NCBI RefSeq assembly: GCF_036321535.1
Contig: NC_087437.1
Location: forward strand, 14,634,001 to 14,698,000
Origin: Camelus dromedarius
Lineage: Eukaryota
DNA: 64,000 bases
Direction: 5' to 3'
Both the position numbers and the translations under genes were made by a program. The notes below the pieces were generated by a model. That model was not told the DNA's origin. It ran no database searches and worked only from the letters and a program-made list of their open reading frames with translations. Of this stretch, positions 12,571-26,408 are shown one piece after another; within the stretch, counting starts at the first letter, position 1; the number at the start of each line of letters is the position of its first letter.

Positions 12571-15500
12571 TAACAGGACAAGAGTCATGGGTTATCACTC
12601 CCCACGTCCTCGGCTCTGCCAGGCCGTGGCTCAGGTGCCCACTGAGCATGAAGGCACGACTCCCAGGAGCTGGGGAGAACCTTACAGGTAGTCCGGTCCA
12701 ATTCTGCATTTTGCAGAAAGAAACACCAAGCTGGACAGGGGACATGGCTCCCCCAGGACCCCCGAGTTAGTGAGACGCAGGGCTGGGAGGAGCGCTCAGA
12801 GCCTGTCTTCCAGGCCAGGGCTCTTGTCATGACACCACCCAGCCTGCTCACACATGGAGCGATGGGGCCCCAACACACCATCAGGGAAAGTTGGTGCTTT
12901 CAAACTTACAGCCTCCAATTAGCAGAGCCCTCACCTTCCTCCCCAGCCTCCCTTCTGGCTCCGCTGCAGTCCAGCCTTTCCTCTCTCACTTCTTCCCTTC
13001 CTCCTGTCTGTCTTCCCCCTCAGAAAGAAGAAGAGATGAAGCTTTGATCTTGCAGGAAGTTCTGTTAGTCTTGACAAAAACAGAGTTCCTGTAGTTCAGT
13101 TGAGGCTTGAGAGCTCCGTGTGAATTCAGCTATTCTCCTCCGCTGCCTGTTTTATTTGCTCATGGGTGGTGGGAGCTGATGCTTTGTGGACCCCACGTCA
13201 TCTTTTGCTCTCACTGGTATGTGGGGAAGGGCTCTCCCCAGGCCACCAGCGCCTCCTGCTGCTGCCCGTCACTCCTTTCAAGACGAGTCGAGAGGCTTTC
13301 TCCCTGAAGAGCCTGGTGCAGTCACCTGGGACCTGAGGGCTTCCTTTATGCCTTCCCCACATACTTGATCCTTGGTCTTTAGGGATTCTCTGTTTGCCTC
13401 ACAGGAATCCTCACTGTACGCAGCCCCACACCAGCCCACACAGCCATCATCCAGGCACCCTCTGAACCCTTCTGGGGGTGAGAAGCCCCCTGTCCTCTCC
13501 GCTCACCAGCTTGTTCCCCTGTGACCCTCAGATTGTTTCCTGGTTCTCTTGGGGGCCTGAAATCTGCCTCCTCATAATTTCTACTCTTTGGTCCTAACCT
13601 GTGCCCTCTGAAACCATACAGAGCAAGTCTGTCTGCCAACCCCTGGAATATCTGAACTGGCTCTCAAGGGCAGCCTTTTCTTTTTCCAAGCTGCTCATCC
13701 CTGTCCCTTCGAGTCTCTTCATAGGGCCGCCCTGCCCCGGCCCTGCCCCTATCTGCCCCTTCGGATGGCCTCCAGTTCCTGCCTGCGCCCCACACATGCC
13801 TGGCTGTGGCAGAGGACAGCAGGTGGCAGTTCCTCTTTCTGGATCCTTTGGTCACATTCAGGCAGCCTGCACCGGCATCAGCCCCATTGGTTGTAAGGCC
13901 TCACGTCATGTCATGGGCTTGGCCTGATCCCAAGAGGAACGAAGCCCAGAAGTTTCCACAGAGGAGGCTGTTAGGCCAGGTCTCATGCTTTTCCTCATGC
14001 TGTGAGTCAACTGTCAGTGCAGGGCGTGTGTGCCTTTAACACAAACCTGATTTCTGCTTGGCCTTGTTCTCCAGCAAGATCCTTTGTAACCTGGAGTCCA
14101 GACTCTTTCCAGGAGCCACCTCTCCCAGTTCTCTGTCTCCTTCTAGTTGAAAAGCAAAGCAAACTTTCCGTGCCAGGGTGGACAGTCTACTTCTGCTCAA
14201 GGACCCACTTCAGGAAAAGTGAAATTGTTGGCAGGTTGTGTATTTCATTCTTTCGTTAAGCAGCTCGATTGTCGCTCATGGAAACACACAGGTATTCCTA
14301 AAGCTGTGACTGCCCACTTCTAACACAGAAGAGTGATAATGAGAAAGTGCAGCACTATTAGCCAATAAATTATTAATAATGGTCCTATTTGAGAAGTAAC
14401 CACATTAGGGACAGCTTTCCAATTTTCCATTCGTTCCATGTGTCCAGAGACTTCAGTTTACAGAGTGTGTTCCCATTTTTTTTAAATCATTCCTCCTTCA
14501 AGCAGACTAGCCAAAGTATAAAATAAAAACAAAAAAGTAAACACAGTGTCCAAGGAACACACCATAGACGTGGGGAGTAAGTCCCCAAGTGAAATGACTT
14601 GCCCAGGGTTCCAATCACAGGTGAGTCAGCCCAGGTCTGGGGATAGAATCTGTTGGGTTCTCCCCAGTATATCCAGAGCGCCCACTGTGTGCCAAGCACT
14701 GCTGCACGCACTAGGGACTCAGGGAATCGGAGATGTGTGGTGCGGCCCCCTCCCCAGCTGCCAGCGCCCTCTCCAGCCTCCACCCCCACAGGCCACACCC
14801 ACCTGGGTTTGCAGTTCTAAAAGGATTCCTCTGGCCCTTTTGCTATGTATGAGTTTGAAATTAGATTTTACTGCAGAGCGGAAAACCCATGGGCTGCCTG
14901 AACCATGCCTACCCCATCAGCCAAGACAGAGGCAAGGACACAGCCCGGAGCTGCACCTCCAGGACGCTTCTGGCACAGACAGGAGCCTTCAGCTGCTGGG
15001 ATGGAGCAAGTTACTTCGTAAAGGAAGATTGCCCCCGGGAACCACAACCCCCTCCTTTGGTGTCCCTCTGGCATTTCCAGTCTGAGGGAGGCTCTCCTGA
15101 GCCCTCACTCACCCAGGTTCCTGGCTCCCTCCATGTCCACCTCCCTGTCCTTATTCATGGCCCCGTGGGACCATCCTTAATCCTATGAAGGCCCAGATGA
15201 GGGGGACACTGAGCTGGAAGAACACTGGTCCAGCTTCAAAGCGCTGTGCTCTTTCCAAGCACAGCTGAGTAAATACGCAGGCTGTTTTCCTGACCCAGCC
15301 CCACTCCAGCCATCAGGCAAGCAGGCTTCCTCCAGGTGTGAGAGCCCCACATTTCAGACCCTCCCGGCAGCCACATTTGTCCTAATAAGCACACTCTACA
15401 GCCCTCGAAGAGGGGTCTCCTCCTGGCTAGTTTGCCAGCTATTTCAGGCCATCTGCGCTGGTAGCAAAGTGCGTGCACAGATTTCCTCATCTGGCTTTTC

Positions 15501-16441
15501 AGACCAGCCCCGGCTCTGGCTCTGCTTTTCTCCATCGAGCAGAAGCCAGACTCCAGATGGGGAGCTGCTGGGCAGGTGCGCAAATCCCTGGCCTCCAGTG
15601 GGAGCAGTGGGCGGTCAGAGCGAACCTCAGGCCTGCCCAAGAAGGGGTGTCGGCACTTCCACCTGCCCTTCCAGGTCAGGGGCCCCGCTCAGCGGCTGGG
15701 AGGATGTCTGTTGTACCAGGTCCGAGAAATGCTTTGTCTCCTGAGCCCCCCAGGGGACAGCCACATACATTTTCAGATGTGCCGAGAGCTGAAATTGATT
15801 GGATCCAGGCCACATTTGGCTGGGGCTGGGGAGCCATGAGGCTGAGCTGGTCTCTGCTGCCACCATCCGGATGCACAGCCCACCACCTCCTGCTACGAGC
15901 CTGTGGGCCTGAAGCCAAAGCGGTCCATCCTCACTCGTGGCTGTCTGGGCTCTGAGTTCTCATCAGGAGGTCATTGTGTGGCTCTGTCAGGCTCCCTGAC
16001 CTGTCCCGCACATGCCACACCCATTCTTGAGAATGTCCTCATCCAGCCTCCCTGAAAAAGATGGGGGTTTATGGGTGAAAGCAGGAAACATCCACAGCTG
16101 GCCTTCATCAATCCATGTTGAGCTGTCCAAAGCAGAGTAGGCCTCTCTCTGAGCCCGGATGTGCCCCTTGCCCGGAGCAGGCTGGCTTCCTTCCAGACGT
16201 ACAGTAAATGCCATGCGAGCGTCAGCGCCGCCTTCAGAGATAACACATCCTTGTGCTCGTGCGGCCCTTGGCCGTGTTACATGTTGTTCTGTGAGGGTTA
16301 CTCAGATCTGAATGTCTGTGAGTATCTTTTACTCACAGACCCCAATGACTTTGTAGTTATCATATAAGAAAACCTGGGTCAGAAGTATTTCTTTTTAATT
16401 GCTCTTTCCTTTTTTAAAAAAAAACAAAAAAACAAAAAAAA

Positions 16442-16577
16442 CTTTTCATCTTGACTTGTTTTGGGAGGAGGGGTAACTAGGTTTATTTGTTCATTTATTT
16501 AAATGGAGGTACTGGGGATTGAACCCAGGACCTTGTGCATGCTAAGCACGCGCTCTACCACTGAGCTATACCCTCCC
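16442..16577 (-). mobile_element. tRNA-Ala(AGC)-derived SINE (camelid vic-1-like)
   Basis: Minus strand GGGAGGGTATAGCTCAGTGGTAGAGCGCGTGCTTAGCATGCACAAGGTCCTGGGTTCAATCCCCAGTACCTCCA, then the (TAAA)n / AAACCTA.TTACC body shared with four other copies in the window. Confidence 0.88.
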
Positions 16578-16786
16578 TTAAGAAGTACTCTTTCCAGCAA
16601 AAAGAACAGGAGAGATGAGGACAGGAAGGCACTAACACCAGGTTTGTCTCCTTGGGGCTTATGAGCCAACTGAAGGGAGGCATGGCCTTGGGGCACGGCA
16701 GGCTTGGGAGGGGGAACGGGGGTGTCCCCGTGGCTGGACCACAGTGTCCTAGACACACTCTCAGGGTTCTTCTCTGTGCTTCCCAA

Positions 16787-16804
16787 CAGCGCCCCCTGCA
16801 GGAA
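16787..16804 (-). promoter_or_regulatory. Candidate CTCF site
   Basis: Minus strand TTCCTGCAGGGGGCGCTG, a strong match to the CTCF core. Confidence 0.5.
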
Positions 16805-18740
16805 CCTTGTGGCCCTTCCTCAGGCCCATTCTCACCAGCCAGATGGGGAGTCAGTGAGCCCCCAAATCTGGTTTCCCCAGACCTGTGGCCTCGTGTCCAG
16901 CCTGGCCTCCTTCCATACCCTGAGGCCTCCCCTGGCCTCCTCCCCCAGCCTCCAGAGGAGGGAAGTGATGGTCCACAGCTGGGCTGGCGCCACCGGACAA
17001 GTTCTTCCCTCCAGAGTCTCCGGTGTCTCACCTACAAAATGAGGGGCCAACCTGACATCTGTCAAAGATGCCTGCCTCTCTCACTTTCCTAACATTCACC
17101 CTGCATGACTCACTCAAGACAGACCCTGGTGTGACAGAAAGGCTTGGCTTGGGAATCAAACACACCTGGGTGTGACCCCAGCTCTCCCACTCGTCACCTG
17201 TGGAACTTGGACAAGTTGGTCCAATGCTTTCTCGCCTGTGGAAATAGGACTCAACGTTCACTGTGTTAGCTTGGGGCCTCCAGGAGGCAGATCCCTAAAC
17301 AGAATTCAGCCTGCAAGAGATGTACTGGGGAAACATCTGCGAAGTATAACGGAAGCGGCTGGAGGAGGCGGGGAGAGCCTCAGCGCAGTGTGCGTGTGGC
17401 ACGTTGCAGGGGAGGATGGGGAGGGAGAGGCTTGGACCGCAGGGCAGCCCTACGGAAGTTTCTGCCAGGCTGAGGGTAGTCCTCAGACCATTAAGAGGAG
17501 GCCCCTGTCCCACAGGAACAGGCCTGCTCTTGTAGCCCTGCCACGGCTGGAAGCAGCCCAGGAAACGTGGCCTGGGCACACACGTGGTGGTGAATCGGAG
17601 GGTAGTGGCCGGGCCCGGCCCTCCACTGTGCCTGTCCCTCCGCTGTGCCCCCGCCACAGGAGGTCTGAGCCAGCACTCCCGCAGCTGCAGCCGCCCCCAC
17701 CCCACAGACTTGTGCACAGCAGAGCTGATGCATCTGAGGTCCTACCACAGAGTCCGCCGTGGAGAGGTGCCCGGTGAGGGCAGCGGGAAGATAGCATGTT
17801 CACATGATAGGACTGGCCATGTGTTCTCCAGCAGGCCACGGAGGGCGCACTTTCCGCAGGTGTTTGAAAAGGCTGCGCCTTCGGGCTACCATAGGCTCTC
17901 ATTTCCATTTCCCATCACACAGCGGGTCCCAGCCCTGAAACCAGGCCCCTCTCAGAAATGTCAGCACAGTCCTCAGGGCTCCATCTTCCAATCGGCGACC
18001 CTCCTCCTTCCTGACATAGCTCTGACAAGCCATGGCTGATCCCCACTGACATGCCTGGGAAGCAGAGAGAGCTTGCTGAACTCACACTCATTTTAAAACT
18101 GGAGGGATTAGGGATGCCCTTGACCTCCTCTAAGAGCCTTGAGGCTGTTGCGTTGGGAGAAGCAGAGCAGTGGGAGCTTTCAAGAGAGCATCGGAGAGGG
18201 GGCGGCTCCCACCCTGTGTGTGCACAGAGCCTGTGGTCCACGCAGTGCTTCCTCAGGCACGCCCCCACCGGCAATCAGGACAAGTTAGGACGACCGGCAG
18301 CCAGAGGTCACTGAGACCCAGGTTCCAGTTCCAGTAATTAGCTGGCTGACCAGGGTTACTTCTGTTAACCTCCACGAGCTTCAGTTGCCTCTTCGGTGAA
18401 TGGAAAGAGTGCCAGCTCCTCCCTCAGGCGGTTATTTTGTGGGTTAAATCAGACCATGAAGCCCCTGGGGACATACTAGAGACTCCCTAAGTCTGATCAT
18501 ACTTTTCTTTCTGGGATGAAAAGGTTTAATATGAAATAACAAAAGTGCTAAATCACAGGTGGAGCCTTGGCCTTGAACCACCCAACAGCTGTGCAGCCCA
18601 GTTTTCCTTTCAGGAAACTCTTACTCATTAAGCACTTGTTGTGCGTCAGGCAGTGCACTTGGAATCTTGTATTCATGATCTCGGACTCCTTACAACCCTG
18701 CCAAGTCCATAGGGATCAGCATCAAGAAGTGGCTTCCCTA

Positions 18741-18880
18741 GGGGGAGGGCAGAGCTCAGAGGTAGTGAGTGCTTAGCAGGTAGCAGGTCCTGGGTTCCAT
18801 CCCCAGCACCTCCATTAGTAAATAAATAAATAAACCCAATTACCTCCCCCGCCAAAAAAAAGAACCAAAGAATGGAAAAA
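18741..18880 (+). mobile_element. tRNA-Ala-derived SINE (vic-1-like), inserted in a MIR
   Basis: tRNA-Ala head, (TAAA)n, cccaattacctccccc and A tail. Diverged TSD aagaagtggcttcccta (18724-18740) / aaaaagtgactcaccta (18880-18896). Confidence 0.85.
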
Positions 18881-19897
18881 AAAAGTGACTCACCTAGTGT
18901 GATACACAGCAGAGTCACACCTGCACCTTTGGCATGTGGTCTCCAAGGCCATGCTTTTCCTGCAGCTGGGCTGGCTTCTGGTGTGTCAATGAAATGGTGT
19001 TTGAGAGGCCCCAGGAGCTCCCCGTTAGGCATGTGATCAGGCCAGGAGCACCAACAACGTGTGAAGGCGAGAATGCAAGGAACAGAGCTCTCCGTGCCCT
19101 TCCTGCAGGGCAGGACCCCAGTCCTGTGTCCTAATCAGGCCCAGGCTCACAGCAGTGGCAGTGTGGGCTCAGCCCAACCCTCTCCTTATGGTTTGGGTTT
19201 CTGCAGCTTGAATTCCCCCACCCCCACCTCACCACCCCAGGAGCATGGTGAAAAGTAGTGACAGTGAGGAACAAAGACTCCAGAAAAGGGGCAGAGGACT
19301 TAGGGCCTTGCCCCAGGCCCTGACACTTACTGTGACCTGCGGCAGTTAAGCCAGAGTCTTTGCACCCTAGTCTTCTGGTCTGTAGGATGCGGAGGGTGCC
19401 CTAAATGAGCAGAATTTCAGGCTGATTCTGCAGCCTCCCTCCTCACTCCCATTCCTCCTTCAACCAGTTGAAGAAAGGGTTCTTGAGAAGGAAAGGAGAC
19501 CCACAAAATTTGAAGAAGTCTCTACCAGCCAGTCTAAAATTCCTTTGAGCTCAAATATTCAGAAATCGCCTTTCTATTTTGAAAATGTTTGTAAGGGGAC
19601 CTGGAAGAAGGGTAAGCAAATCAGAAGTTTTACTGATAGAAACAGATTGGATGGAATGGAAACTTGCCTGATGGCTTGAATGGAAATTCGTCTGGAAGGC
19701 TTGTCAGGTCAAGATGCCAGCGAGGCCAGCAGCAGGGAAGAGCATTCCAGGATTCTTCAGCCCACAGGGCTCTAGGCTGTGGGCCCCGAGGTCTCAGCCT
19801 GTGAGGTGCCAGGTTTGCAGCTACCCTACACCCTGGCACACTCGGGCCCCCGGATGCGGGCCAGACCTTCAGGGTGCTGTGGACAGAACTGGGCCTC

Positions 19898-19916
19898 CAC
19901 TGCCCCCTGGTGGCCA
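19898..19916 (-). promoter_or_regulatory. Candidate CTCF site
   Basis: Minus strand TGGCCACCAGGGGGCAGTG, a near-consensus CTCF core motif. Confidence 0.6.
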
Positions 19917-20374
19917 CTGCCACCACGGTGCTGGCCTCTGTGCACGGCTCAGCCTGGGCGTCCCCATAGCTCTGCCCACCCCTGGCCCAATTTCAGCCAC
20001 CCTTTGGGCTCTGGTGATGGCGAGCCTGGGCAGGAGGTACCCAGTCTCCATTTACTGGCTTTTCCCCCAGAGGGCTTCTGTTACCCTGGTCACTGCATCA
20101 CCCGTTCCACTGTGTGACCCTGGACAGGCCAGCACACTTCTCCGACCTCAGAAGCCTTCCAAGTCGGCATGTCCGAGCCACTCTGCGTCTGAGCCACTCT
20201 GCTCACAGAGTGGTTTATCAGCAACATACAATGCTCCCTCCTCCCAGGGCCTTCGAGTCTCCGGACTGAACAGACAGGGTGTCATATCGCACGGTGGAAA
20301 GCCCCCGGCAATCCCATTTGTGCAGCGCGGGCTCCCCGTCGGCATTTGGCATGCCTTTGTGAGGCAGACTCGGG

Positions 20375-20580
20375 GAGGGCTGAGAGCACAGACTCTGGAC
20401 TCCAGATGTCTGGGTTTGCTCTTGGGCAAGTCACTTCACCTGAGTCTCCTTTTCCCTGTCTATAAAATGGGGGCCCTACTGGTACCAACCTCGTGGAGTT
20501 ACGTGGAGGATTAAGTGAATTAATACCCAAAAGCACTTGGAACCCTGCCTGGCACATAAATGCTATATACTGTTAGTGGC
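20375..20580 (+). mobile_element. MIR SINE
   Basis: agactctggactccaga..cttgggcaagtcacttcacct..gtctataaaatgggg..gaggattaagtga..tgcctggcacata. Confidence 0.75.
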
Positions 20581-21029
20581 TTTTTTTTTCGTGATGATGG
20601 TGGTAATGCTGATGATGCCAGAGCAGCTGTCTTTTCAGGGTCCGGGACCTCTGCCACCAAGGCCCTCTGTGGAAGGCAAGGGCTCATTGTGTAAAGTTCC
20701 CTGGGCTCCATCCCTCTCTCTGCCATGCTCCTGCTCCGACTGAGAAGGCCCCTCTTCAGTCCAGCAGTGCAGCTCAGCACACATGCCATTCTTTGCAGCC
20801 AAGCTGGGGGAAGCCCTCCCACCAAGTGAGCAAAGCCTCTCCTTGGAGCAAACTTAGGGGCGATCCTGCAGCCACCACAGCTAGCCGAAATTACAACCAT
20901 GCCTCTTACTCCTGAGCCCGTGAGTGCAGCCTCTAAATAGCGCTCTGGCCTCACCTACCTCACTGCCCAACACCTACCTCACTCCAGCCACACTGCTCAC
21001 CCACATTGTTTGTCCCCCACCCCCCACCT

Positions 21030-21726
<697 letters not shown>

Positions 21727-22319
21727 TAGTGCCTGGCTCCTCCCAGCGTGGTCCCTGGGCCAGCGGCAGCAGCGCCCCGCCCCAGCCCACCTGAATCAGG
21801 ATCTGAATTATCTAGAATCCCCAGGTGAAGGATGAGTATTTGCCCAAAACTCTTAACCCAGCTGGCCACTGAGAGAGCTGGGCTTTGAACCCAGGTCTCT
21901 GTGGCTGCCAAGTCCGTGCTCCTTTCCACTCTCACGTGGAAGGTGGGGCAGAGGTAGCTGGATTAGACACGGCCTTGCGTGGGGTTGAATGGAGTTTGTA
22001 CTTTAGTCTTAGTTCGCGGAGGGTCATTGAAAGCTTTGAGCTTTGTGTGACCTAGTTTTAGATCTAAAAGAGTGTCCTGATAGCCTGGTGAGGGCACTCT
22101 GCACATGATCAAGGAATGGACAGGAGGGAAAGGGGGATAGTTTAGTGGATGGATGAGTGTATGAGAGGACAGACAGAAAGCCTAGGAATAGGTAGGTCAC
22201 CTAGGAAGCAGGTGAGATGGCCCAGGAGAGATGGTGGACACCTGGGTAAAGGCAGGGGGTGGGGGCTGAGAGTTCTGGAGGTACAGCCCCCTCTCCTCAG
22301 CAGATCCATCCCCCCCGGC

Positions 22320-23930
22320 AGCCAGATGACCTTTTATAAACATAAATGTGATCACATCATTCCTGTGCTCAAACCCTTCAGTAGTTCCCCGTTGCTTGTA
22401 AGTTAGAGTTCTAAGTCTTTGCAGGTGGGCCTGTCCCCACCCAACCCTCCAGCCTCCTCCAGCCCCCCCCCCCATTTGCTAAACTCCAGCCACACCCATC
22501 ACTGCATCAGGTGACATCACACTCCAGGCTGTGTGAGCTGTTCCCTGTCCTAGGGGTCTTCTGTTCCTCCCTGGCCCCCTTCACTTTCCACCTTGGCAAC
22601 TCCGCCCCATCACCCGGGGCCCAGTGTAGCTGTCACTGCCTTGGAGAGGCCTCCCCTGACTGCCAGGCTGGCTTCACTCTCCTGTGGCGTGGTCTCAGCT
22701 CCCTGTGCTTTTCTGACATGGCACTTATCTGGGTTGGAGTTATGCAGCTGTTGGTTTGATAGTGTAGTTGAATAACTGGCGGCCCCCACATTGCTAAATG
22801 CAAGGGGGCAGTTCTGGGCACTCATTCCACACCATCTACCAGCAGCGTCCGCACATTTTCTCTAGTGGTATCTGGTGCCCCACCCTGCCCTGTCTGTCCT
22901 CCCCCAGCTTCCAGCTCCTCCTGTCTGCAGCGTTGGTTCCCTGTCCTTTCCCCGCCTCCAGTCACCGGAGGGTCCCAGCCCAAGCCTCCCACTGCCTCTC
23001 TTCTCCTTCTGCTCGGTTCCATGACTTTAAATCCCATCTTCAAAGTTGACTAGTTTCTGCTCCAGCCTTGTCTCCCCGAGGTCCAGACCCATGGGCCCAG
23101 CTTCGACCGTACGTCTAAAAATTCAGGAGCCTGAGACTGAACTCTTGGCTCCCCCTCCCACCCCAACACCTGGAAGCCCCCCACCCCGGTGTTTCTCAGT
23201 ATTAGATGGCACTGCCGGCGCCTCTTCTGCCCCCACACCCCACATCCAGAATGTTAGCACACCATGGGGTCTTCCTCCCTGCGAGCATCTCTCACCACCG
23301 GCCCTGCAGCGCCTCGCCCAGGCTGCCAGCTGCCTTCATCCCCGGAACCCTGGATTGCTCCAGTCCCTTCCCCTACGGTCTGCTGGACCTCATGGCAGCC
23401 ACAGCTCCTCCCAAGCCCCAGAGGGCTCCACTTCACACCTTGGGCAAAACCCAGATTCCTCTCAGCAGGCGCTTCCCTGGGTGGCCCCGCCCCCCTCCTC
23501 CCCACCTGCCAGACCATGAGCACCTGCCCCTGCCGCACTGGCCTTTTGGCCCTTCATCCGAAGCAGTGAGCTTGTCCCCACCTGAGAGCTGGCCCTTGCG
23601 CCTGTCTGAAATGCTCTTCTGGTTGCCTCCATCCCTCACTCCCTCCAAGACTCTGCTGCAATGCCACCTCCTCAGGGAGGTCCTCCCTGACTGCTCTATA
23701 CAGGTTAGAACCTCACCCTCCACCCCTTGGTGCTCTGTCCCTGGCCCTGCTTTGCTTTTCTTCAGAGCACTTCTCACTGCCTGACATTGCACCCTTCTCG
23801 CTGCTGACTGCTGTGCTGTCTGTCTCATCTGCTAGACCATAAGCTGCCCGAGGGCAGGAGGCTTTTTGCTCTGTTCACTGCCCTATGCCCAGCCCATGGT
23901 AGCTGTTCGGTAAATGGTTATCACATGGGT
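22320..23930 (+). mobile_element. Cluster of degenerate L2 fragments
   Basis: tgatcacatcattcctgtgctcaaacccttcagtagttccc; ctcagggaggtcctccctgac; ctagaccataagctgcccgagggcagg..tgttcactgccctatgcccagc. Confidence 0.55.
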
Positions 23931-25914
23931 GAACTATAAGCTTTGCTCACAATCTACCCATCACCCAGCCCAAAGCCTAACACACAGTGGACACTCAGTA
24001 AAAAAATCTTAGCTGAAGGACAGAAGGACAGGCCTCACGAAGGATTGACCTTTAGCATGGCCAGGGCACACTTGGCGTGGCAGAAGTGTTCCTGAGAACT
24101 GTGACAGTGTGTGAAACAGTAGATTATTTGGCCACCGGGCTTGCCCACTTTGAGTGTGGGCTGTGAACCCCTGGACTCTGAATTCCTCGTAGTCTCTTTA
24201 CCAACTGGTGAATGAAACCCGAAGCCAGAGGACGGTGCTGGTGAGCACACCATCGGAAGGGCCCGGCTAGCACAGAACCCACCAGACGTCCCGACCCAGA
24301 GCACCAGGACACGTGGGACACAGGCCAGAGGCCCTGGCAAAGCGGCCACCACAGCAGGTCACACCCCAGGATCAGGGGGCCATGGTGGCTCCAGTGTGGG
24401 TTTACCACCTGCCCCTCCCAGCCGGCCCACTCCCCTGTTCTGCTCCATTCCCAGCCACAGCAGTTGTCCTCTCCCTGTGCTCAGGGGCCCTGCCACGCCC
24501 ACGCAGCCACCACAGTCACAGGGCACATTCCAGCATCCGCGTCCCCCTGATCCCGGGCCATGAGCTCACCGCCCGCCCAGCTGCCAGCTTTGGAGGCTGC
24601 CAAGTGCTTTGCCTAAGCAAGTTTCTCTGGTGCCCTGCTCCCCTTCTGGGCTGATGAAAGCAGCAGAACGGAATCCGGGCTGTAAGGGCAAAATTGTGAT
24701 GCCCAGAGGCGCTTGGAAACGTTTCTGTGCTTTCTTGTCTTTTTCCTTCCCCTCCTCCCTTTTCCTTCTTTCTTGCCTTACTTATTTCCTACAGAACTTT
24801 CGATTTTTTACCCAGTGAAATTTCTCTCATGCGGTTTACCCTTGGTGAACCCTTGCTTTGTGAGAACGGTAAAACCACAAGCCAGATCTCAGCCACCAAA
24901 ATTCTCATCTGCAGCTCAACCCAAAAACCCAGTGCAGAAAGAGGACTTCTGTCCCCTCGCTGGCACACCACCCTGTTCTCCTTACTCAGACCCACGTCCA
25001 CCCCTTGGATGCGCACTCAGCTGATTCCGGACAGTGAAGGAAACTCTTGTCTTTTGAAAAGTCATTTTACCAACAAATGGCCTTTCTTCCTTTTTCTCCT
25101 TATTACCCATAAAGCAATGCATACTTGTCAAAAATTGCATGTTTCGTTTAAGAGTCAACTTCAGAGTATTAATTGTGGCTTCTTAAAGTGAAGCCGTTTC
25201 TAAGCTGGTCTGGCCTAAGCCGGGTGCACTGAGGCCTGCTGCCCCATCTTTGTCCCGAAATAGCTGCAGACTCTGAGGCTTCCCATGTGGATCTGGGACA
25301 GGCTGTGACTTATTCTCCAGACGTATTCTGGGCCTGAGTCTGAGAACAGCCGTTTCGTGGCCCACAGATGCTTGCAGTCCTTGGTAGTTGAGGCCAAAGC
25401 CATTCAGATGCCCTGAGCACATGGCCCATTTCTGGGCTTTTCCACTCCTGGGGCCGCGTAGACGGACTGAATTTTTCATTCACTACCTGTTTATTGTGCA
25501 GTCACACAGAGATTCAAATCTGTTCAGCTCAGCACATCCTGTGCTACAAGAAACAGGGTGAGAATTCTGACCAGGCTCTGGGAGGACCCAGGAACAGGAA
25601 GAATGAGCCGTGGAAGGCTCTGACGGGTGGGTGGCAGGAGAGGAGAGAGGCAGCGTTCGGGAAGGAAGAGCCGCGAGGCCTCCCAGAGGTCTGTGAGACC
25701 CAGGCAGGAAGGAGAGTGGACCCGGTTTTGCCCACTAAGGCAATGAGCCATGCTCTTATGTGAGTCTTGCATGGAGGGCAATTCCATCCTGGCACCCTGA
25801 GATGGAGGTGGCTTAGGAAGCAGGACATCTTTTTTGGAAGCTGCTATAAAAATCTGAAAGACAAGCAGACAAAGCTCTACCTCAGTATCAGCAGTGAGGA
25901 TGATGAAAAATGAG

Positions 25915-26168
25915 GTCAGGGGTGTGGAATAGGCGACGGGGATTAAGAGGTACAGACCTCCAGCTGTAAAGTAAATAAGCCCCATGGGTGTAATGCAGAG
26001 CGTAAGGACCGTGGTCCATAGAGCTGTAATAACTTTGTATGAGGACACATGTCACTACACATGTCACGTGATCATTTCATAATGTATGTGGATGTCAAAT
26101 CTCCACGTAGTACACCTGAAACTCACATGATATTGTGTGTCAACTATATTTCAATACTTTTTAAAAAA
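25915..26168 (+). mobile_element. 5'-truncated L1 3'UTR about 120 bp upstream of the last TMEM108 exon
   Basis: gattaagaggtacagacctccagctgtaaa..gtgatcatttcataatgtat..gtacacctgaaact..tgtcaactatatttcaat is a laurasiatherian-type L1 3' end (recall). Confidence 0.75.
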
Positions 26169-26210
26169 TGTTTACCAAGCAATCCCAGGTGGAAATAAAC
26201 ATCCCTGTGA

Positions 26211-26408
<198 letters not shown>

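Noticed and set aside
14546..20514. Long GC-rich ORFs (179 aa, 201 aa, 266 aa and others)
   Set aside because: Overlap in several frames and on both strands, low-information Pro/Gly/Arg/Ser composition, run into MIR/SINE sequence, and resemble no protein I know; expected by chance in GC-rich introns.
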